This document shows positions 61,894 to 64,000 of a stretch of 64,000 nt of DNA, piece after piece. Positions within the stretch are counted from its first letter, which is position 1. Every line of letters starts with the position of its first letter. The stretch is from positions 96,001 through 160,000 of the forward strand of contig CAVQRZ010000001.1 in assembly GCA_963715335.1 (NCBI GenBank), read 5' to 3'. The translations under genes were made by a program, and so were the position numbers. The notes beneath the pieces are model-generated. The model made no database searches. It saw only the letters and a program-made list of their open reading frames with translations, and was not told where the DNA came from. Source of the stretch: an uncultured delta proteobacterium. Its GTDB lineage: Bacteria; Desulfobacterota; Desulfuromonadia; Desulfuromonadales; BM103.

Positions 61894-63009
61894 TTGGTCA
61901 AACGCGATTATTACGAGATTCTCGAGGTCAAGCGCAACGCCAGTGAAACCGAGATCAAGAAGGCCTACCGCAAGCTGGCGCTGAAGTGTCACCCGGATAA
62001 AAACCCTGGGGACAAAGAGGCCGAGGAACGTTTCAAGGAACTCTCCGAAGCCTATGCCGTTCTCTCCGACGGGCAGAAACGGGCGCTCTACGATCAGTAC
62101 GGTCATGCCGGAATCGATCAGCAGGGCGGCTTCGGTTTCTCCTCGGGCGGCTTTGGCGGCACTCCTTTCGAGGATATTTTCGGCGATATCTTTGGCGATA
62201 TTTTCGGCGGCGGGGCCAGTCGGCGCGGCGGCGGACGGCGCGGCGACGACCTGCGCTACAACCTGACCATCGCTTTCGAGGAAGCCGCCTTCGGCCTCGA
62301 AACCAAGATCAAGGTGCCCAGGCATCACACGTGCGACACCTGCAACGGCAGCGGCGCCAGACCAGGGACCAGCGCCGAAACCTGCCGGACCTGCTCCGGC
62401 AACGGCCAGGTTCGCTTTCAGCAGGGGTTCTTTTCCCTGACCCGGCCCTGCCCGGACTGCAACGGTGAAGGCAAAAAGATTTCCGACCCTTGCAGCGACT
62501 GCCGTGGCAGCGGGCTGACCCGCGGGCAAAAGACCCTTTCCCTGAAAATCCCTGCCGGAGTAGAATCGGGCAACCGGCTGAAAATGAATGGCGAAGGGGA
62601 ACCCGGTTCCAAGGGCGGCCCGCCGGGTGATCTCTACGTGGTGATCACCGTCAAGGAGCACTCGATCTTTCAACGTGAGGGGAACGACCTGATCTGCGAA
62701 GTCCCGGTCTCCTTTCCCCAGGCTGCGCTGGGCTGTGAGCTGGAAGTTCCGACCCTCGAAGGGAAGGTCAAGCTCAAGATGCCAGCCGGCACCCAGAGCG
62801 GCAGGATCTTCAAGCTGAATGGCAAGGGGATTCCTGTTCTGCAAGGCTATGGCCGAGGGGACGAGCTGGTCATCGTCCGGGTGGAGACACCGACCAAGCT
62901 GACAACCCGCCAGGAAGAGCTCCTCGAAGAATTTGCCCGTGAGGCCGGGGAAGATATTCATCCGATGGGGAAAAGCTTTTTCGACAAGGTCAAGGAGTTG
63001 TTCGACTGA
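61894..63009 (+). CDS. dnaJ: Chaperone DnaJ
   Basis: RDYYEIL, HPD, G/F region, four CxxCxGxG repeats; TTG start. Confidence 0.97.
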   Translation: MVKRDYYEILEVKRNASETEIKKAYRKLALKCHPDKNPGDKEAEERFKELSEAYAVLSDGQKRALYDQYGHAGIDQQGGFGFSSGGFGGTPFEDIFGDIFGDIFGGGASRRGGGRRGDDLRYNLTIAFEEAAFGLETKIKVPRHHTCDTCNGSGARPGTSAETCRTCSGNGQVRFQQGFFSLTRPCPDCNGEGKKISDPCSDCRGSGLTRGQKTLSLKIPAGVESGNRLKMNGEGEPGSKGGPPGDLYVVITVKEHSIFQREGNDLICEVPVSFPQAALGCELEVPTLEGKVKLKMPAGTQSGRIFKLNGKGIPVLQGYGRGDELVIVRVETPTKLTTRQEELLEEFAREAGEDIHPMGKSFFDKVKELFD

Positions 63010-64000
63010 TGCGCTTTAGAGTTGCCATGGCCTGGTTGCTGCTGTTGCTGAGCTGCTGTGCTGGCGCTGCGCTCGCCCAGCCGACAGGGCCACCACAGGC
63101 TGACATCGCAATGCAGAGAGCGCTGGACCATTACCAGGCCGGCAAGCTCAATGAAGCCGCCGGCCTGCTGCGCGGATTTATTATCAGCCAGGCCGATTCA
63201 GACCGGATTAACGAGGCCTATTATTACCTGGCTCGCATCCATCACGACCTCGATCAACCTTCGATTGCCCTGGATTATCTGGACCGGCTCGACCGGAACG
63301 CGGCGAGTCCGGCCAGTGCCCTGTTGCAGGCCAGGTTACTCCTGCAGATGGGTGATGCCGCCCGGGTCGTTGATCGATTGCTGCAAATCGACTCGGAGAC
63401 ATGGCCGCTGCAACAGCGCCAGGAACGCTATCTCGCCCTTGCCGAAGGGTTTATGGCCCTGGACGAGCCTCACAAGGCTCTCTACTTCTACCAGCAAGCC
63501 ATGGTGGTAGAGGGGGACGCCTCTCCGCGTGACGTCCTGGCACATATCTATAGCCTGCTGAGCGATCGTTTCAGCGAGGCTGAACTTGCTGAAGCAGCGT
63601 TCATGTATCGCGACAGCCCGGTGGCTTACCTGGCGATGCTGCAACTCGGCTGGCGAGCCCTGGCGGCGGATCAAAAAGAACAGGCCCGCGAGTGGGCCGC
63701 TGCCGCTATGCAGTCACCGATCGGTTTCGCCTATCGTGAAGAAGCCCTGGCACTGCAGTCGCAACTCAGCGACCCGAGCCAGCTGCAACGCTCCATCGGT
63801 GTCCTGCTGCCTTTGAGCGGCCGCTACGCCGCCTTCGGTGAAAGGGTAAAGAACGGGATGGAACTGGCAATGGAGACGTTCCGCCCCCATATCCCGGTAC
63901 GCCTGATCTTTCGTGACACGGCCGGAGATGAGACGATCGCCGCCCAGCAGGTCGCCGAACTGGCGATCAGTGATCGCGTCATGGGCATTGTCGGGCCGCT
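63009..64000 (+). CDS. LpoA/LppC-like penicillin-binding protein activator (TPR plus periplasmic-binding fold), truncated by window edge
   Basis: Manual translation from ATG 63009: signal peptide [20 protein letters not shown]-like helices, then IGVLLPLSGRYAAFG...IVGP; open to window end. Confidence 0.75.
   Translation, partial: MRFRVAMAWLLLLLSCCAGAALAQPTGPPQADIAMQRALDHYQAGKLNEAAGLLRGFIISQADSDRINEAYYYLARIHHDLDQPSIALDYLDRLDRNAASPASALLQARLLLQMGDAARVVDRLLQIDSETWPLQQRQERYLALAEGFMALDEPHKALYFYQQAMVVEGDASPRDVLAHIYSLLSDRFSEAELAEAAFMYRDSPVAYLAMLQLGWRALAADQKEQAREWAAAAMQSPIGFAYREEALALQSQLSDPSQLQRSIGVLLPLSGRYAAFGERVKNGMELAMETFRPHIPVRLIFRDTAGDETIAAQQVAELAISDRVMGIVGP

Overview
Core-genome region of an anaerobic deltaproteobacterium, most consistent with Desulfuromonadales (inferred from gene content and order). 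Left to right it holds: a partial GIDE/BAM-domain membrane protein, mutY, hisC, futalosine-pathway menaquinone genes (mqnC, mqnE, ubiX, ubiA-like), xthA, a full nuoA-N operon whose NuoEFG module has HydABC-like (bifurcating-type) architecture, rnfABCDGE, hemL, pepA, serA-hisZ-purA, an APC permease-PTS EIIA-RCK_C protein plus a cation:proton antiporter-CBS protein, comM/yifB, trxB, a CDF transporter, a nitrilase, a long multi-MrpD Na+/H+ antiporter operon, hemW, and CIRCE-hrcA-grpE-dnaK-dnaJ followed by a partial LpoA-like gene. The most unusual content is non-coding. A ~423-bp, highly structured element occurs three times (9051, 31714, 38548), all on the + strand. It has mirror-image two-hairpin ends, a locally hypervariable and partly co-varying core, and inverted REP-like palindromes on each flank. 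One copy is bracketed by a duplicated 30-bp terminator and another carries an extra variant module. No transposase is present in the window. Several intergenic gaps also carry period-7/8 inverted arrays of unrelated sequence. At least five single-base frameshifts (dnaK, grpE, two mrp genes and an apparent transporter fusion) look like sequencing/assembly indels.
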